From IMG/VR virus record IMGVR_UViG_3300025648_000013: a stretch of 64,000 bases of DNA, one strand, 5' to 3'. This document shows positions 62,748 through 64,000 of this stretch, piece after piece. The notes beneath the pieces are model-generated. The model had not been told where the DNA came from. It searched no databases and saw nothing but the letters and a program-made list of their open reading frames with translations. The number at the start of each line of letters is the position of its first letter. The stretch's first letter is position 1. Source of the DNA: a virus. Position numbers and translations under genes: made by a program.

Positions 62748-62925
62748 TCCTTGCAATCCACCTGTTGCTTTCACAACAAAGCACGGTGACTTGCCAAAGG
62801 TAACACAAACAAAGTTAACAGAAAAACAAGTGATCGATTTGTGGTTAGATGATATTCAATCATATAATGACCTTAATGTTGATCATTCGTCATTGATAGA
62901 CTGGGTTCAGACTCACTGCAAATAA
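62656..62925 (+). CDS. putative o-spanin (Rz1-like lipoprotein)
   Basis: Lipobox LSAC, Pro-rich, CNPP. Confidence 0.7.
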   Translation: MKYKTFLAAMLMLPLSACLTAPARPPVIVTNPCNPPVAFTTKHGDLPKVTQTKLTEKQVIDLWLDDIQSYNDLNVDHSSLIDWVQTHCK

Positions 62926-62935
62926 GAGGAATACA

Positions 62936-63286
62936 ATGTCTGATTTAGAAACCAAAGTTGCCGTATTGGAACGCGATATCACACAACTTACAAGTTATTG
63001 TGACAAAATAGACGTAACAATGGAAAAACTCACGGACATTTCCATTTCTCTTAAGGAAATGCTTGCTGTTCATGAACATAAACTTGGGCAACATGCACGT
63101 GCAGATGAAGACCTTTATGCTCTTCACCAGGAAACCAACAAACGAATCGATTCGCTTCATGTTGATCTTACTGGCATCAAAAACAAGCAGGACCTACATA
63201 AGTGGTATTTCACAGCGACAGGCGTTGTGGCTTGCTTTATTCTTTTCAAAATGGGACTTATCCCATTCATGGCACCTTTTCTCTAA
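62936..63286 (+). CDS. coiled-coil protein with C-terminal TM (holin-like position)
   Basis: KVAVLE..MLAVHE; hydrophobic tail. Confidence 0.5.
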   Translation: MSDLETKVAVLERDITQLTSYCDKIDVTMEKLTDISISLKEMLAVHEHKLGQHARADEDLYALHQETNKRIDSLHVDLTGIKNKQDLHKWYFTATGVVACFILFKMGLIPFMAPFL

Positions 63287-63353
63287 AAAACCCTTGACAT
63301 TGGTCTACAGTTGGCGTATTATACAACTGTAGATTCAGATGTATAGGATGAAT

Positions 63354-64000
63354 ATGAGTGACTTGTACCTAGATGTTATGTATTGTAATATTCTATCCAA
63401 CAGGCTAGAACGATTCAAAGTAAAGAAGTCTAGCCCATATGTAGCCAACTTTAGGTGCCCGTTCTGTGGTGATTCGCAGAAGAGCAAATACAAAGCCCGT
63501 GCATATTTATTTCAGCACAAGGGCAAGACGTATTTCAAGTGCTACAACTGTGGGCTTGCTCATGGGTTCTCCAACTTCCTTAAGAGCATAGATCATACTC
63601 TACACCACGAATATGTTGTAGAGAAGTTCAAGAACAGGGCTGATATCAAGACCAAAGAACCACCAAAACAAGACATTGCTAGGTTTACACCACCAGCTTT
63701 CCTGAAGTCTGGTTCACCTCTACGTAAGCTGAAGAAGATATCTCAACTGACATACGATCATCCTGCTAAGAAGTATATACTCTCTAGGAAGATCGAAAAC
63801 AAACATCATGCAAAGTTGTTCTACTGCACCAAGTTTGCGGAGTGGACTAACAGCATGATTCCAGATAAGCTGGATACGAAACAAGATGAGTCTAGACTGA
63901 TCATTCCGTTTCTTGATGAAGACGGAAACATGTTTGGCTATCAGGGTAGAAGTTTTAATCCAAAGTCAAATCTACGCTATATAACTATCATGCTGGATGA
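63354..64000 (+). CDS. 61: gp61 DNA primase (3'-partial)
   Basis: NFRCPFCGDSQKSK.KARAY..FKCYNCG..RLIIPF..GYQGR. Confidence 0.93.
   Translation, partial: MSDLYLDVMYCNILSNRLERFKVKKSSPYVANFRCPFCGDSQKSKYKARAYLFQHKGKTYFKCYNCGLAHGFSNFLKSIDHTLHHEYVVEKFKNRADIKTKEPPKQDIARFTPPAFLKSGSPLRKLKKISQLTYDHPAKKYILSRKIENKHHAKLFYCTKFAEWTNSMIPDKLDTKQDESRLIIPFLDEDGNMFGYQGRSFNPKSNLRYITIMLD

Overview
64 kb of an AT-rich, large T4-like myophage genome. It carries the replication core (uvsW, 55, 47, 46, 45, 44, 62, regA, 43, uvsX, 41, rnh, 61), a candidate DNA-modification block, four tRNAs, auxiliary genes (def, hsp20, Prx, Grx, SOD, Dps, phoH, speD, ART) and late or virion genes. The host is probably an alphaproteobacterium (Sphingomonadaceae-like). 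Main observations: (1) five free-standing GIY-YIG genes from three subfamilies, plus one orphan site, share a covarying hairpin leader behind a late promoter, and at least two of these elements replaced the 3' end of their target gene and left the old end behind; (2) uvsW is split by an HNH gene, and its halves carry what looks like a non-catalytic half of a split intein; the DNA polymerase gene is also split, with helical adaptor ends and an endonuclease relic; (3) a GC-rich 3.8 kb mosaic of host DNA, in which only leuS is intact, sits behind a phage early promoter and is translationally coupled to it; (4) six early promoters carry a positionally fixed GANTC (CcrM/GcrA-type) site. All calls come from reading motifs by eye; no database searches were run.
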